This document shows, one piece after another, positions 38,288 to 50,111 of a stretch of DNA of 64,000 nucleotides. The first letter of the stretch is position 1. Every line of letters begins with the position of its first letter. The DNA is taken from contig CAWJCL010000002.1 in the NCBI GenBank assembly GCA_963841425.1, positions 793,303 through 857,302 on the forward strand, given 5' to 3'. The stretch is from an uncultured Actinomycetes bacterium. Its GTDB lineage: Bacteria > Actinomycetota > Thermoleophilia > Gaiellales > Gaiellaceae. Made by a program: the position numbers and the translations under genes. Under the pieces are notes generated by a model. It did not search any database and was not told the origin of the DNA. It was given only the letters and a program-made list of their open reading frames with translations.

Positions 38288-38656
38288 CTAGGAGATTTCG
38301 TCGTCGCCGGAAAGCGTCTCGCCGAGCTTCTCGGCCAGCGCCTCGGGCGTGAGGGTCGGCTCCTCGCCCTCGCCGCGCAGCTCCTCGATCGTGACGTCGC
38401 TCGAGGTGTAGACCTCGGCGCGCGGGATCATGCGCATGGGGCGGTTCTTGTCCCACACCCAGACGTCCTCCATCGTCAGGTGGAAGAACGGGTAGCTCGT
38501 CTGGGGCAGCACGCGCAGCTCGTGCCGGTTGCAGAGGTAGGTCGAGTCCTGAGTGACGACGCAGAAGCGGAAGAGGCCGAAGACGTCGGAGTACTCCTTC
38601 TTCAGCCGCAGCTCGAGCTTCGCCTCGTATTCGTCGAGCTCGTCGAGGTGGGACAT
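38288..38656 (-). CDS. DUF2469 family protein
   Basis: LDEYEAKLELRLKKEY...DVWVWD resembles the actinobacterial DUF2469 (Rv2901c-like), as I recall it. Confidence 0.65.
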   Translation of the reverse strand: MSHLDELDEYEAKLELRLKKEYSDVFGLFRFCVVTQDSTYLCNRHELRVLPQTSYPFFHLTMEDVWVWDKNRPMRMIPRAEVYTSSDVTIEELRGEGEEPTLTPEALAEKLGETLSGDDEIS

Positions 38657-38660
38657 ACGC

Positions 38661-39122
38661 TCATTCTAGCCCCGGGTGGTGCAGATCCCGCAGGGCACGC
38701 CCGTCGGGCAGCCGAAGCTCGGGGTCGAGCTCGAGCAGCGGCTCGAGGACGAACGTGCGCTCGGCCAGGCGCGGATGTGGAACTTCGAGGCCCGGCTCGG
38801 CGACGGCCTCGCCGCCGTAGAGCAGGAGATCGAGGTCGACCGTGCGCGGGCCCCACCGCCCCTCGCGGGAGCGGTCGCGCCCGAGGCTCCGCTCGACCTC
38901 GAGCAGGCGGTCGAGGAGCTTTCGCGGGGGGAGGCTCGTCTCGAGCTCGGCGGCCGCGTTCACGAACCGCGGCTGGTCGACGTTCCCGACGGGATCCGTC
39001 TCGCGGTAGGACGAGACCGCCGCGACGGCGACCCCGTCGAGGTCGCCGAGGCGCCTCAGCGCCTCGCGGAGAGTGGCCTCACGCTCGCCGAGGTTCGAGC
39101 CGAGGCCGATGTAGGCGCGCAC
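38661..39122 (-). CDS. folK: 2-amino-4-hydroxy-6-hydroxymethyldihydropteridine diphosphokinase
   Basis: Motifs AYIGLGSNLG, GPRTVDLDLL and PHPR. Confidence 0.9.
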   Translation of the reverse strand: MRAYIGLGSNLGEREATLREALRRLGDLDGVAVAAVSSYRETDPVGNVDQPRFVNAAAELETSLPPRKLLDRLLEVERSLGRDRSREGRWGPRTVDLDLLLYGGEAVAEPGLEVPHPRLAERTFVLEPLLELDPELRLPDGRALRDLHHPGLE

Positions 39123-39171
39123 GAAAAGTCACCCTAGGCAATCGCCGGGGCCCCTGCTTAGATGCTTTGCA

Positions 39172-40803
39172 GTGCGCAAGGCGGTCGGGGTCATAGTCGT
39201 TTTCGCTGCCCTGCTCTCTGGTGTGGGAACGGCGAGCGCACAGAGCGAACACGGACGCGCGGCGCTGCCCACGCCTGAAGTGGCGCTGCAGCGAGCGCTC
39301 GCCATCTTCCGTCCGAACCTCGCCGACCCGAGCTACCGACTCCACGGGAAGGTCGATCCGCGCGGGGCAACGGCTGTCCTTCGCAACCTCGCCGCGTCGG
39401 TTCGCCAGCTCTCGCCCGCCGACCGCCGTCTCGCGGAGGCAATCCTCGCCCGGCCGACCGACAACGGGAACGGGAACTACACGGCACCGAAGGGCGACTT
39501 CCGGCACAAGTGCTTCACGCACTTCTGCGTCCATTGGGTGCGGAGCACGCGCGACGCGCCGTCCCTCCGCGACCGTAATCCCAAGAACCACATTCCCGAC
39601 TGGATCGACAAGACGAAGTCGGTCATGAACGTCGTCTGGAGCAAGGAAGTGAACCAGTACAACTACGGAGCGCCGAAGGGCGACGGGAACTCAGGATCCC
39701 ATCGGGGTGGAAATCCGAACTCGAAGATCGACATCTTCATCCAGGACGTTGGCCGGCAGGGGCTCTACGGCTACTGCACGAGCGATGACCCCAAGATCCA
39801 GGTGCGGAACGACATCTCCGCCTACTGCGTCTTCGACGACGACTTCTCCAAGAAGCAGTTCCCCGGGATCCACGGCGTCAACGCCCTGAAGGTGACCGCG
39901 GCGCACGAGTTCAACCACGCGATCCAGTTCAAGTACGACGCGTTCGAAGACCTGTGGTTCCTCGAAGCCACCGCCACGAACATGGAGGCGGACGTCTACC
40001 CCGGGATCCACGACAACTACCAGTACTTCTCCGCAAGCCCGCTGAGCAAGACGAACCCGCACCGCCCGATCGACCGCTGGTCGCCCGAGGACGGCACGCA
40101 GTACGGCTCGTGGATCTTCTTCCGCTTCCTCGCCGAGTACTTCACCGACACGACCCATCCGATTTCGACCGCCCCCAATCCTGCGTTTGTGCACGAGATC
40201 TGGGTCGACGCCAAGGCCCTCCCCGGGACGATCGACGGTCAGGAGTACTCGACTGAGGCGATCGAGACCTTCCTCGCCGCTCACAGCGAGGACTTCCCCT
40301 CGGTCTTCCGGCAGTTCGGCGTCGCCAACGCCGCGCCTGCCGCCTGGTACAAGGACGGCGGGCTCTTCAAGACGCGAGCGGGGCAGGGGTACGCCGTCAA
40401 CGCACTCGATGGGGGCGCCTCAGGCTCGGCCGATCTGAAGATGACGCACATGTCGAACGACTATTCGCTCTTCCGCCCCGGCACGGGCGCAACGACCCTG
40501 GACGTCGACACGGACTTTCCCTCCGCCGTGCCCGGAGAGGGCGCGACGGTCCTCTCTTTCGATACGGGCGGCGCTCTCGTCGACGAGCAGGAGATCGCGC
40601 TCAACGGTTTCGGAGACGGCAGCGTCACCGGTGTGACTTTCGATGACGGCGCCGTCAGCAAGGTGATCCTTGTCGTCACGAACGGGAGCACGCGCTTCAC
40701 GCAGTGCGGAAGCGATCAGAAGCCGCCGTTCTTCTCATGCTTCGGCAAGCCGCAGGACGACTCGACGTCGAAGAACTACAAGCTCGACCTGCTCGTTCCC
40801 TAG
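39172..40803 (+). CDS. secreted HExxH zinc metalloprotease-like protein (family uncertain)
   Basis: Signal peptide VFAALLSGVGTASA. Motif AAHEFNHAIQ. GC is lower than the surrounding genes. Confidence 0.6.
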   Translation: MRKAVGVIVVFAALLSGVGTASAQSEHGRAALPTPEVALQRALAIFRPNLADPSYRLHGKVDPRGATAVLRNLAASVRQLSPADRRLAEAILARPTDNGNGNYTAPKGDFRHKCFTHFCVHWVRSTRDAPSLRDRNPKNHIPDWIDKTKSVMNVVWSKEVNQYNYGAPKGDGNSGSHRGGNPNSKIDIFIQDVGRQGLYGYCTSDDPKIQVRNDISAYCVFDDDFSKKQFPGIHGVNALKVTAAHEFNHAIQFKYDAFEDLWFLEATATNMEADVYPGIHDNYQYFSASPLSKTNPHRPIDRWSPEDGTQYGSWIFFRFLAEYFTDTTHPISTAPNPAFVHEIWVDAKALPGTIDGQEYSTEAIETFLAAHSEDFPSVFRQFGVANAAPAAWYKDGGLFKTRAGQGYAVNALDGGASGSADLKMTHMSNDYSLFRPGTGATTLDVDTDFPSAVPGEGATVLSFDTGGALVDEQEIALNGFGDGSVTGVTFDDGAVSKVILVVTNGSTRFTQCGSDQKPPFFSCFGKPQDDSTSKNYKLDLLVP

Positions 40804-42680
40804 GAGACGCGCTTGAACCTGAGCGTGTAACCCCCGGCCTTGAAGAGCCAGGCGCTCACATGCACGTAATACGTGCCGGTCTTCTTTGCCGTGAACTGCA
40901 CGACTTCGTCGACACCGGTTCCATGGGCGCTGAACTTCTGCAGTCGGTTCGTGCTGTCGAACTGCCAGATCTCCTTCGTGCCCGGCTTCCAGACCAGCAG
41001 GTCGTAGTCCTTGCCCGACGGGACGACGAGCGTGAACCGGTATGTGTGACCGTTGCTCAGCTTGCGCTTGAACACATCGTTGATGTCCGAAGGCCACTTC
41101 ACCGAGCCGGACTTGCTGGAGCTCGACCAGGACACCGCGTGATCGACGTTTCCGTCGGTCACCGCGGTCGCGTTTGCCGTCGACGCGCTGAGTGCCGAGA
41201 AGGCGTTGACACGGCCGGACGTGCGCGAGAAGGAACCCACCTTCGTCGTGTTGCCCGGCGGGGCGATGAACATGGTCTTCAGAGCGCCGGGCTTGTCGAC
41301 TCCATGCATGATCGCGTTCTTCACCTGCGCCGGCGTCAAGGCCGGCGTCTGTGACAGGACGAGCCCGGCAATTCCGGCCACATGCGGTGTCGCCATCGAC
41401 GTGCCGTCCCATGTCTGATACAGACCTCCGGGGAAGGTGCTGAGGATGTCCACTCCCGGCGCCGAGACGTCGACCGAATCGTGGCCCCAGTTGGTGAACG
41501 CACACCGTGGCTTGGAGAGACCCAAGCCCAGGCCGGAGTGGCACTCCGTGAAGTAGCCGTTCTCGTCGATGTCGTTCGACGCGCCCACGGTGAGGATGTT
41601 CGTCAACGTGTAAGCGGCCGGGTAGCTCGGCGAGAACGCATCGGCGGAGCCGTTCCCGTCGGTGTCCGCCGAGAGAGCCATGTCGTTGTCGAGGCTGTCG
41701 TTCCCTGCGGCCACGACGTTGAGCAGGCCGGACTTGCGTACCGCCTCCCGCTCGGAGTTCGCAAATTGCGGAGCGCCAAGGCTCATGTTGATGACGTTGG
41801 CGCCTTCGGCCTTCGCGTAGTTGATCGCGGCGATCTCCTTGCTGAGAGGCATGACGCCATCGCTGTCGCGGGCGATCTTCAGCACCATGATCCGGCAGCC
41901 CGGGCAGACGCCCGTGATTCCGTCGCCGTCGTTGTCGGCCGCGATCGTGCCGGCGACATGGGTGCCGTGTTCGTAGTCCAGGAAGTGGTTGGCGCTCAGC
42001 AGCGTGTTGTCGTCGTTGCCGAAGTCCCAGCCCGAGACGTCGTCGATCTTGCCGTTTCCGTCGTCGTCGAACGCCGGGGTGCCTCCCGCCTCTCCCGGGT
42101 TCTGCCACAGCTGCCCGGAGAGGTCGGGCTGCGTGACGTCGGCGCCGGTGTCGATGACAGCGACAACGGGATGGTTCGTGCTTCCATCCTCGACGGCCCA
42201 CGCCTCGGACGCGTCGATGTCGGCGTCGGCCAAGCCCGTGTGCGGGTTCGCCGTGTCGTCGCCGGTCACGTCGGTGACCGTGTGCGACTGCGCGGTGTTG
42301 TCCAGGTCCCACTGCTGCGGGAAGAGGTTCGCCTGGGGATAGCGACGGTAGTTCGGTTCGGCCCAGCGAACGGCCGGGTCGTGGCGGTAGAGGCGCGCGG
42401 CGGCCGGAACGGAAAGACCGCGCGGAAGCTTGACGAGCTGGAGGCCGAGGTCGGTGTACGTGCGCTCGACATGCGCGCCCGTCCGCGCGTGGGCGCGGGC
42501 CATTCCCAGGCGGTTGACGCCCCGATGAAAGGCGACGAGGAGCTCCCCGGGTTCGTAGTCGGCACTCCAGGGCGCCTGGAGGTGGCGCTGGTACGCCTGT
42601 CCATGGTCGGCAACGCCGGCGAAGGCAGACCCACTGGCGACGAGCGCGGCGACGCCCGCCACGGCGAAGGCGTACTTCAT
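40800..42680 (-). CDS. secreted S8 (subtilisin-like) serine peptidase with a C-terminal PPC-type domain
   Basis: Starts at ATG 42680 with a signal peptide. Catalytic triad contexts VAVIDTG, HGTHVAG and GTSMATPHVAG. Confidence 0.85.
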   Translation of the reverse strand: MKYAFAVAGVAALVASGSAFAGVADHGQAYQRHLQAPWSADYEPGELLVAFHRGVNRLGMARAHARTGAHVERTYTDLGLQLVKLPRGLSVPAAARLYRHDPAVRWAEPNYRRYPQANLFPQQWDLDNTAQSHTVTDVTGDDTANPHTGLADADIDASEAWAVEDGSTNHPVVAVIDTGADVTQPDLSGQLWQNPGEAGGTPAFDDDGNGKIDDVSGWDFGNDDNTLLSANHFLDYEHGTHVAGTIAADNDGDGITGVCPGCRIMVLKIARDSDGVMPLSKEIAAINYAKAEGANVINMSLGAPQFANSEREAVRKSGLLNVVAAGNDSLDNDMALSADTDGNGSADAFSPSYPAAYTLTNILTVGASNDIDENGYFTECHSGLGLGLSKPRCAFTNWGHDSVDVSAPGVDILSTFPGGLYQTWDGTSMATPHVAGIAGLVLSQTPALTPAQVKNAIMHGVDKPGALKTMFIAPPGNTTKVGSFSRTSGRVNAFSALSASTANATAVTDGNVDHAVSWSSSSKSGSVKWPSDINDVFKRKLSNGHTYRFTLVVPSGKDYDLLVWKPGTKEIWQFDSTNRLQKFSAHGTGVDEVVQFTAKKTGTYYVHVSAWLFKAGGYTLRFKRVS

Positions 42681-42797
42681 GGCTGAAGAGTTCCTCTCTG
42701 ATCGTGGAGACACGACTGACCCCGCCACACCCTGACAGTCAGTGCGGTCTCGGGCAATAGGCCGAAGGGGTATTTCGGGGCCTCAGGGTCCTACGCG

Positions 42798-43160
42798 CTA
42801 GCGGCGCGAGCGCTCGATGGTCGCCGCGGTGTAGGCCGCGGGCGCGTCGAGCCGGACCTCGGGCTTCCTGACCCGCACCCGCACGCTCGAGACGTCGAAG
42901 CGCTCGACGAGCGTGTCGGCAACGGCGGCGGCGAGCGCCTCGATCAGGTTGAAGCGGCGCGAGTCCGAGATCTCCCGGATGCAGGCGACGACCTTCGTGT
43001 AGTCGATCGTGTCGTCGAGGTGATCGCTGCGAACGCCCGCGTCGTGGGCGACGAGCCAGACGTCGAAGAGGAAGCGCTGGCCCTGCTCCTGCTCCCGCGG
43101 AGTCGCCCCGTGGAAGCCCATGAGCTCGAGACCATCAATTTCGATCTCCATCTGACTCAT
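42798..43160 (-). CDS. folB: dihydroneopterin aldolase
   Basis: Starts at ATG 43160. Motifs GFHGATPREQEQGQRF and DTIDYTKV. Confidence 0.85.
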   Translation of the reverse strand: MSQMEIEIDGLELMGFHGATPREQEQGQRFLFDVWLVAHDAGVRSDHLDDTIDYTKVVACIREISDSRRFNLIEALAAAVADTLVERFDVSSVRVRVRKPEVRLDAPAAYTAATIERSRR

Positions 43161-43248
43161 GCGCGTCCCTCGCCGGCGACGGCTCCCGGGCGGCGGAGCC
43201 GCCCTACGCCGGCGCCTGGCCGCAGAGCCCGAACCGAAACGCAAGTTC

Positions 43249-44070
43249 TCACGAGCGCACCTCCTCGAGGGCGCGCGCGGCGGCAAGCGCCTCCACGTGC
43301 TCGCGCACGTCGTGAACCCGGAAGATCCCCGCGCCGCGCTCGTACGCGAGCACCGCGACCGCCACGCCCGCGGAGACCGGGCCCGTGAGCGCCTCGTCGT
43401 CGCCCAGGAGCCTGCCGAGGAAGCGCTTGCGAGAGGCCCCCACCAGCACGGGCCGGCCGAGAGCGACGATCTCGTCCAGGCGCGCGAGGAGCTCGAGGTT
43501 GTGCTCCACGGTCTTGCCGAAGCCGATCCCGGGGTCGAGGCAGATCCGCTCCTCGTCGATTCCGGCGTCGGTCGCGAACTCGAGGCGCTCCTCCAGGAAG
43601 GCCTTCACCTCGGAGACGACGTCGTCGTAGCGCGGATCGTCCTGCATCGTGCGCGGCTCGCCGAGCAGGTGCATCAGGCACAGGCAGGCCTGCGAGTCGG
43701 CAAGGACGCCTGCGAGCTCGGGCTCGCCCCGAAGCGCCGTGACATCGTTCACCAGCACCGCGCCGGCCTCGACGGCACGGCGAGCGACCTCGGCCTTCGA
43801 CGTGTCGATGGAGACCGGCGCGTCGGCGAGCGCGGCGAGCACCGGCTCGACGCGGCGAAGCTCCTCGTCCAAAGAGACCCCCTCGGAGCCCGGGCGGGTC
43901 GACTCCCCGCCGACGTCCACGATCGCGGCGCCTTCGTCGAGCATCCCGCGCGCCTCCGCGATGGCCGCCTGCGGGTGCAGAAACGCTCCGCCGTCCGAAA
44001 ACGAATCCGGCGTCACATTGACGACGCCCATGACGCTCGGGCGCGGGAGGAGCTCGTCGATCGCGGGCAT
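43249..44070 (-). CDS. folP: dihydropteroate synthase
   Basis: Motifs GVVNVTPDSFSDGG and DVGGESTRPG. Confidence 0.9.
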   Translation of the reverse strand: MPAIDELLPRPSVMGVVNVTPDSFSDGGAFLHPQAAIAEARGMLDEGAAIVDVGGESTRPGSEGVSLDEELRRVEPVLAALADAPVSIDTSKAEVARRAVEAGAVLVNDVTALRGEPELAGVLADSQACLCLMHLLGEPRTMQDDPRYDDVVSEVKAFLEERLEFATDAGIDEERICLDPGIGFGKTVEHNLELLARLDEIVALGRPVLVGASRKRFLGRLLGDDEALTGPVSAGVAVAVLAYERGAGIFRVHDVREHVEALAAARALEEVRS

Positions 44071-44094
44071 GTGCCGCGATCTTAGAGAGCGGCT

Positions 44095-46056
<1,962 letters not shown>

Positions 46057-46122
46057 AGAGGTTCCTCTAGTGGGTTAACGGTAGCAGCCTGGATATTCGT
46101 AACAGTGACCGGTTCCGGTTTT

Positions 46123-46695
46123 TCAGAGCGTGTCCTCCGCCTGCGCCGCGAGCTCGTCCCTGAGGACGCCCACGAACGGCAGGTTTCGGTACCGCTCGGC
46201 GAAGTCGAGGCCGTATCCAATCACGAAGCGGTTCGGGATCTCGAAGCCGACATACCGGCAGGCAACGTCGTTCTCACGGCGCTCGGGCTTGGTCAACAGG
46301 GCACACACATCGAGCGAAGCGGGCTCACGGGCCTCCAGGTTGCGGAGCAGGTAGGAGAGAGTCAGTCCGGAATCGATGATGTCTTCGACGACGAGCACGT
46401 TTCTACCTTCGATCGAGACGTCGAGATCCTTGAGGATCCGAACGACCCCGGAGGAGTCGATTCCGGCTCCGTAGCTCGAGATCGCCATGAAATCGACCTC
46501 GCAGGGGATGTCGATCGAGCGCATCAGGTCGGCCATGAAGAAGATCGCGCCCTTCAGGACGCCGATCAGGAGCAGGTCCTCGCCCCGGTAGTCGTCCGAG
46601 ATCTGGGCGCCGAGCTCGGCGATGCGGCCGTGCAGCGTCTCCTCGTCGATGAGGACCTCGCTGACCGCGGAGGCGAGCTCGTTCACCTGGCTCAC
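46123..46695 (-). CDS. hpt: hypoxanthine phosphoribosyltransferase
   Basis: GTG 46695 is preceded by GGAGAGGAG, and its GTGA overlaps the tilS stop. PRPP motif [13 protein letters not shown]. Confidence 0.9.
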   Translation of the reverse strand: MSQVNELASAVSEVLIDEETLHGRIAELGAQISDDYRGEDLLLIGVLKGAIFFMADLMRSIDIPCEVDFMAISSYGAGIDSSGVVRILKDLDVSIEGRNVLVVEDIIDSGLTLSYLLRNLEAREPASLDVCALLTKPERRENDVACRYVGFEIPNRFVIGYGLDFAERYRNLPFVGVLRDELAAQAEDTL

Positions 46696-47708
46696 TCGCG
46701 CTCCTCTCCGACCGCGTCCTCCCAGCCGGGCGCCGTGGCGATGCCGGGCACGACGACGACCTCGTTGCCCTTGACGACGAGGGGCCAGGCCTCGCGCTCG
46801 GAGCGCGGCACCTTGGCGTCGACGAACAGATCCTGGATCTTCTTGCCGCGCGACGCGAGCCTGTCGCCGGCCCGCCACGACCGCACCCAGAGGCCGTCCC
46901 GGTTCGGCCGCAGGCGCCACGGGCCCCAGGAGACAGGCCCGTCCAGCCGGACGGGCGCTCGCTCGAGCCAGACGCTCCCGTATTCCCTTACTGCCACCCG
47001 GCCGTCACCTAGGTCCAGTCGCTTGGCTCCTGCCCGCGAGCCGAGCAACTCTACCAGCGCTCTCTCGATCGGCCTAGGCAGCTCCCGGATCGGTTCCGCA
47101 GCGCGCAAGATGTTCTCTTCGGCCGCGGGATGGAGGCGGCGGAGCGCGGGCAGGATCTCTCGGCGGATGAGCCCACGCAAGGTGTCGTCGTTCGTGGAGT
47201 CGACGCGGATGCCGAGGCCCTCCACGCGGCAGTAGGCCTCCGTCTCGTCGCGCCAGACCGTCAGGAGCGGCCTGACGACACCGTCCTCGCGCTTCGCCCG
47301 AATGGAGGTGGTCGTCCCGCTCGCAGCGAGCCTGTAGAGGATGGTCTCGACCTGGTCGGAGGCGGTGTGCCCCGTGGCGCGAAGCCGGCCAAGCGACAGT
47401 CTGTTACTTGCCTCGTAGCGGAGGTCGCGGAGCTCCTCCTCGGAGCCTCCGTGGAGCGGCGGCGCCTCGACCACCTCGGCTCCGAGCCGCTCACGGCAAA
47501 ACCGCGCGTCCTCCTCGGACTCGGCCCCGCGGAGCCTATGGTTGACGTGGAGCGCGCCGGCGCGGTAGCCGAGGGCCCCAAGCGCATGCCAGAGGCACGT
47601 CGAGTCCGGGCCACCGGAGACCAGGCAGACAACGTCCCCGCCCGGCGGAACGAGGTCGTGCCGGCGGATGTGCTCTTCGATCCGCGTGTGAAGCGCAGCG
47701 GCGTCCAC
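46692..47708 (-). CDS. tilS: tRNA(Ile)-lysidine synthetase
   Basis: PP-loop motif LVSGGPDS. Confidence 0.85.
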   Translation of the reverse strand: MDAAALHTRIEEHIRRHDLVPPGGDVVCLVSGGPDSTCLWHALGALGYRAGALHVNHRLRGAESEEDARFCRERLGAEVVEAPPLHGGSEEELRDLRYEASNRLSLGRLRATGHTASDQVETILYRLAASGTTTSIRAKREDGVVRPLLTVWRDETEAYCRVEGLGIRVDSTNDDTLRGLIRREILPALRRLHPAAEENILRAAEPIRELPRPIERALVELLGSRAGAKRLDLGDGRVAVREYGSVWLERAPVRLDGPVSWGPWRLRPNRDGLWVRSWRAGDRLASRGKKIQDLFVDAKVPRSEREAWPLVVKGNEVVVVPGIATAPGWEDAVGEERE

Positions 47709-47737
47709 GAACCAATTTTACGGCGTAACCGCCGGGC

Positions 47738-48190
47738 TCAGAGCAGGGGCCCGACATCGCAACCTTCCTTGTAGAGAGCCGGCTGAGCCTGGGCGAGGAC
47801 GTCGTGGGCAAAGTTGGCGAGCCCGTAGGCCCGGTACATGCGCTCGCCGGCGTCGCCGCCCTCCGACTGGATGGTGACGGCGGTGCCATATTCCTGAAAC
47901 ATCGCGTCCAGGTAGCGCTGCGCGGTCTTGAGCGTGGGATCCTTGGGATCGGCGTGCTTGATGCGCACGGACGCGTCGAAGGCCTGCTGGGAGACGTCCT
48001 TTGGCTCGACAGCGCCGCTCTGGTAGTCCGCGTTGAGGACGCCGAGACCGATCATGTCCGTCGACGCGGTCTGGATGAACTTCTGGTCCGTGGGGCCACA
48101 GCTGTGCCCCTGGACGCTCTCTCCGCGCGTGCAGCCGCTCGAGAGCGCAACGAGGGCTAGCGTCGCCGCAATGACGCTGATTCGCCGCAA
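47738..48190 (-). CDS. lipoprotein of unknown function
   Basis: TTG start and lipobox (LVALSSGC). Confidence 0.5.
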   Translation of the reverse strand: MRRISVIAATLALVALSSGCTRGESVQGHSCGPTDQKFIQTASTDMIGLGVLNADYQSGAVEPKDVSQQAFDASVRIKHADPKDPTLKTAQRYLDAMFQEYGTAVTIQSEGGDAGERMYRAYGLANFAHDVLAQAQPALYKEGCDVGPLL

Positions 48191-48287
48191 GATGGACGGA
48201 TCATCGGCGTGGCTGCCTGACAGCGTCCATCACCCGAAATGTGGTGATTGTGTGACCGTTTCATTTGCCACTAACGTATGAAGAGCG

Positions 48288-49319
48288 ATGCTCGGCTCGG
48301 TTTTCCTGCTCGCAGCGATGGCGCTGCCGGGGACGGCGACGCACCCGCCGTCCATCGCGGTCGTGGCGCCCGACCCGGCCGCCGCGCAGAGCCTCCCGAT
48401 TATCGGAGCCACGCCCGCGGAGCTCGCAGCGACGCGGGCGGCACTTGCGCGGCTCGGACCGGATGGGCCCGTGCGCCGCGTCGAGTTCGGACACCAGGCG
48501 AGGGGTCGGAGCATCTCCGCGGCGTACTCCGCCGGACCAGCGGGCGACCTGAGGAACTATTGGCTCGCTCAACTCGTGCTCGACGACCTCGGATCGGCGC
48601 TCAGCGCTCGTGGCGAGAACATCACGTGGGTTGAGCTGAGCGGCCCAGATGGAGGGGGCACCGCGTTCCAGGTGGCCACCTCGAAGCCACGGAGCCTGAA
48701 GGCGCTCAAGAAGCTTGCGCGCCAAATCGCTGTCCGCGCCCGCCGCGAGCGCCAGCCAGTGACCGAGATCGTTGCCTATCCGGTCGCTGGCGGCGCCGTT
48801 CGCGTCGTGATCCAGCTGTCCCAGGAGGAGTATCTCCGGGGAACGAATGCGCGCTGGCTCGACGTTGTCTCGGATCGCTTCGACCGTGACGCCGGCTACT
48901 CGGCTGACGTGCGTGTCCTCGGTCCCGGAGGGGTCCGCGCAGCCGAAGGAGCGAGCTTCGGCTCGACCGGAGGGGCCTTCGGCTATGGGCCCGAGAGGCC
49001 CGGCACGGCCGCGCCGATCGACGGACCGGTCTCTTTGCACGTCACGGTGCACCGGACGCTTCCGGAGAAGCGCGATTTCACGTTCGCCATCGACTGCGCG
49101 CAGGAAACCCCGACGTGCGTGGGCTTCCGTCGCAACTGGACGCTTCTCGTGCCGCCCGTGGTTTCAGGGTCGGCCTGTTTCGGGCCGTTCGGACGCGACT
49201 CGATCACCGTGTCGGGGTCAGTTGCAGGCATCCCGGTCGAGCGCAGCTACGACGCCTGCTACGGCGGGGTCATCGCGCGCTGGGAGCAGCTCCTCGGGGT
49301 GCCCGCTACTCGAAGATGA
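48288..49319 (+). CDS. secreted hypothetical protein; the C-terminal Cys-containing domain is faintly SSI-like
   Basis: N-terminal hydrophobic leader. The C-terminus reads ...DCAQETPTC...ACFGPFGRDSITVSGSVAGIPVERSYDAC. Confidence 0.45.
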   Translation: MLGSVFLLAAMALPGTATHPPSIAVVAPDPAAAQSLPIIGATPAELAATRAALARLGPDGPVRRVEFGHQARGRSISAAYSAGPAGDLRNYWLAQLVLDDLGSALSARGENITWVELSGPDGGGTAFQVATSKPRSLKALKKLARQIAVRARRERQPVTEIVAYPVAGGAVRVVIQLSQEEYLRGTNARWLDVVSDRFDRDAGYSADVRVLGPGGVRAAEGASFGSTGGAFGYGPERPGTAAPIDGPVSLHVTVHRTLPEKRDFTFAIDCAQETPTCVGFRRNWTLLVPPVVSGSACFGPFGRDSITVSGSVAGIPVERSYDACYGGVIARWEQLLGVPATRR

Positions 49320-50091
49320 GGGAGCGGTAGGAGCCCACGCGTTGCATGCCGATCGAGTCGTACAGGGCGATTGCAGGCGCGTTCTCGGGCCGCACGAAGA
49401 GGCAAACGGACGGAGTGCGCGCGAGGAGGAGGCGGCACAGATCGGCGAGACCGCGCTTCCCGTAGCCGCTGCCACGCACCGTTGGGTCGACCCAAACCTG
49501 CTGCAGCTGGACGGTGTGCTCCGTCCAGGCGGACGCCTCGGCCTTGAAGAACACTGTCCCACCCTCCTCCCAGAGCCAGCTGCGGCCCTCCTCGATCTGC
49601 GTCCGGGTGCGCCACTCGAAGAGCGCCGGGTCGCGGGCATAGGCATCGATGCCGACCTCCTCGAGGAAAGCAGCGGCCGAGGTGCGGATGAGGAGGTCGA
49701 GGTCGTGGAGGGTGGCCGGGCGAAGCGCCGAGCCGCCGGCCGCGGGCTCCTCGTCGAGGAAGTAGACGGGCTGTCCGGGCCTGTCCTCGCGCACGGGCGG
49801 GAGATGGTCGCGCGCGGCCTCCCAGAGATCAGTGACCGCGTGCTCGTCGCCGATCAGCATGCGCGGCCGGGAGCGCGCGGCGATCTTCGCAAACGCCCCT
49901 GCCCCTTCGCCCGAAGGGACGAGGTTCGCCCCGAGATGGCAGACAGCGACGAGCTCGCCCTCGTCCCGCAGCGCGACGAAACGGCCGAGCCCGCGCCGCG
50001 CCACGTCCTCCAGGAAGACCCGTTCGATTGGCTCCCGCGCGCAGAAGTCGAGGATCTCCTCGCGCGAAGGCCGCTTGACCAGGCGCGGCAT
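49306..50091 (-). CDS. GNAT family N-acetyltransferase
   Basis: Starts at ATG 50091. Motif VDPTVRGSGYGKRGLADL. Confidence 0.65.
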   Translation of the reverse strand: MPRLVKRPSREEILDFCAREPIERVFLEDVARRGLGRFVALRDEGELVAVCHLGANLVPSGEGAGAFAKIAARSRPRMLIGDEHAVTDLWEAARDHLPPVREDRPGQPVYFLDEEPAAGGSALRPATLHDLDLLIRTSAAAFLEEVGIDAYARDPALFEWRTRTQIEEGRSWLWEEGGTVFFKAEASAWTEHTVQLQQVWVDPTVRGSGYGKRGLADLCRLLLARTPSVCLFVRPENAPAIALYDSIGMQRVGSYRSLIFE

Positions 50092-50111
50092 TGCCGGGGA
50101 CGATAACCCGC

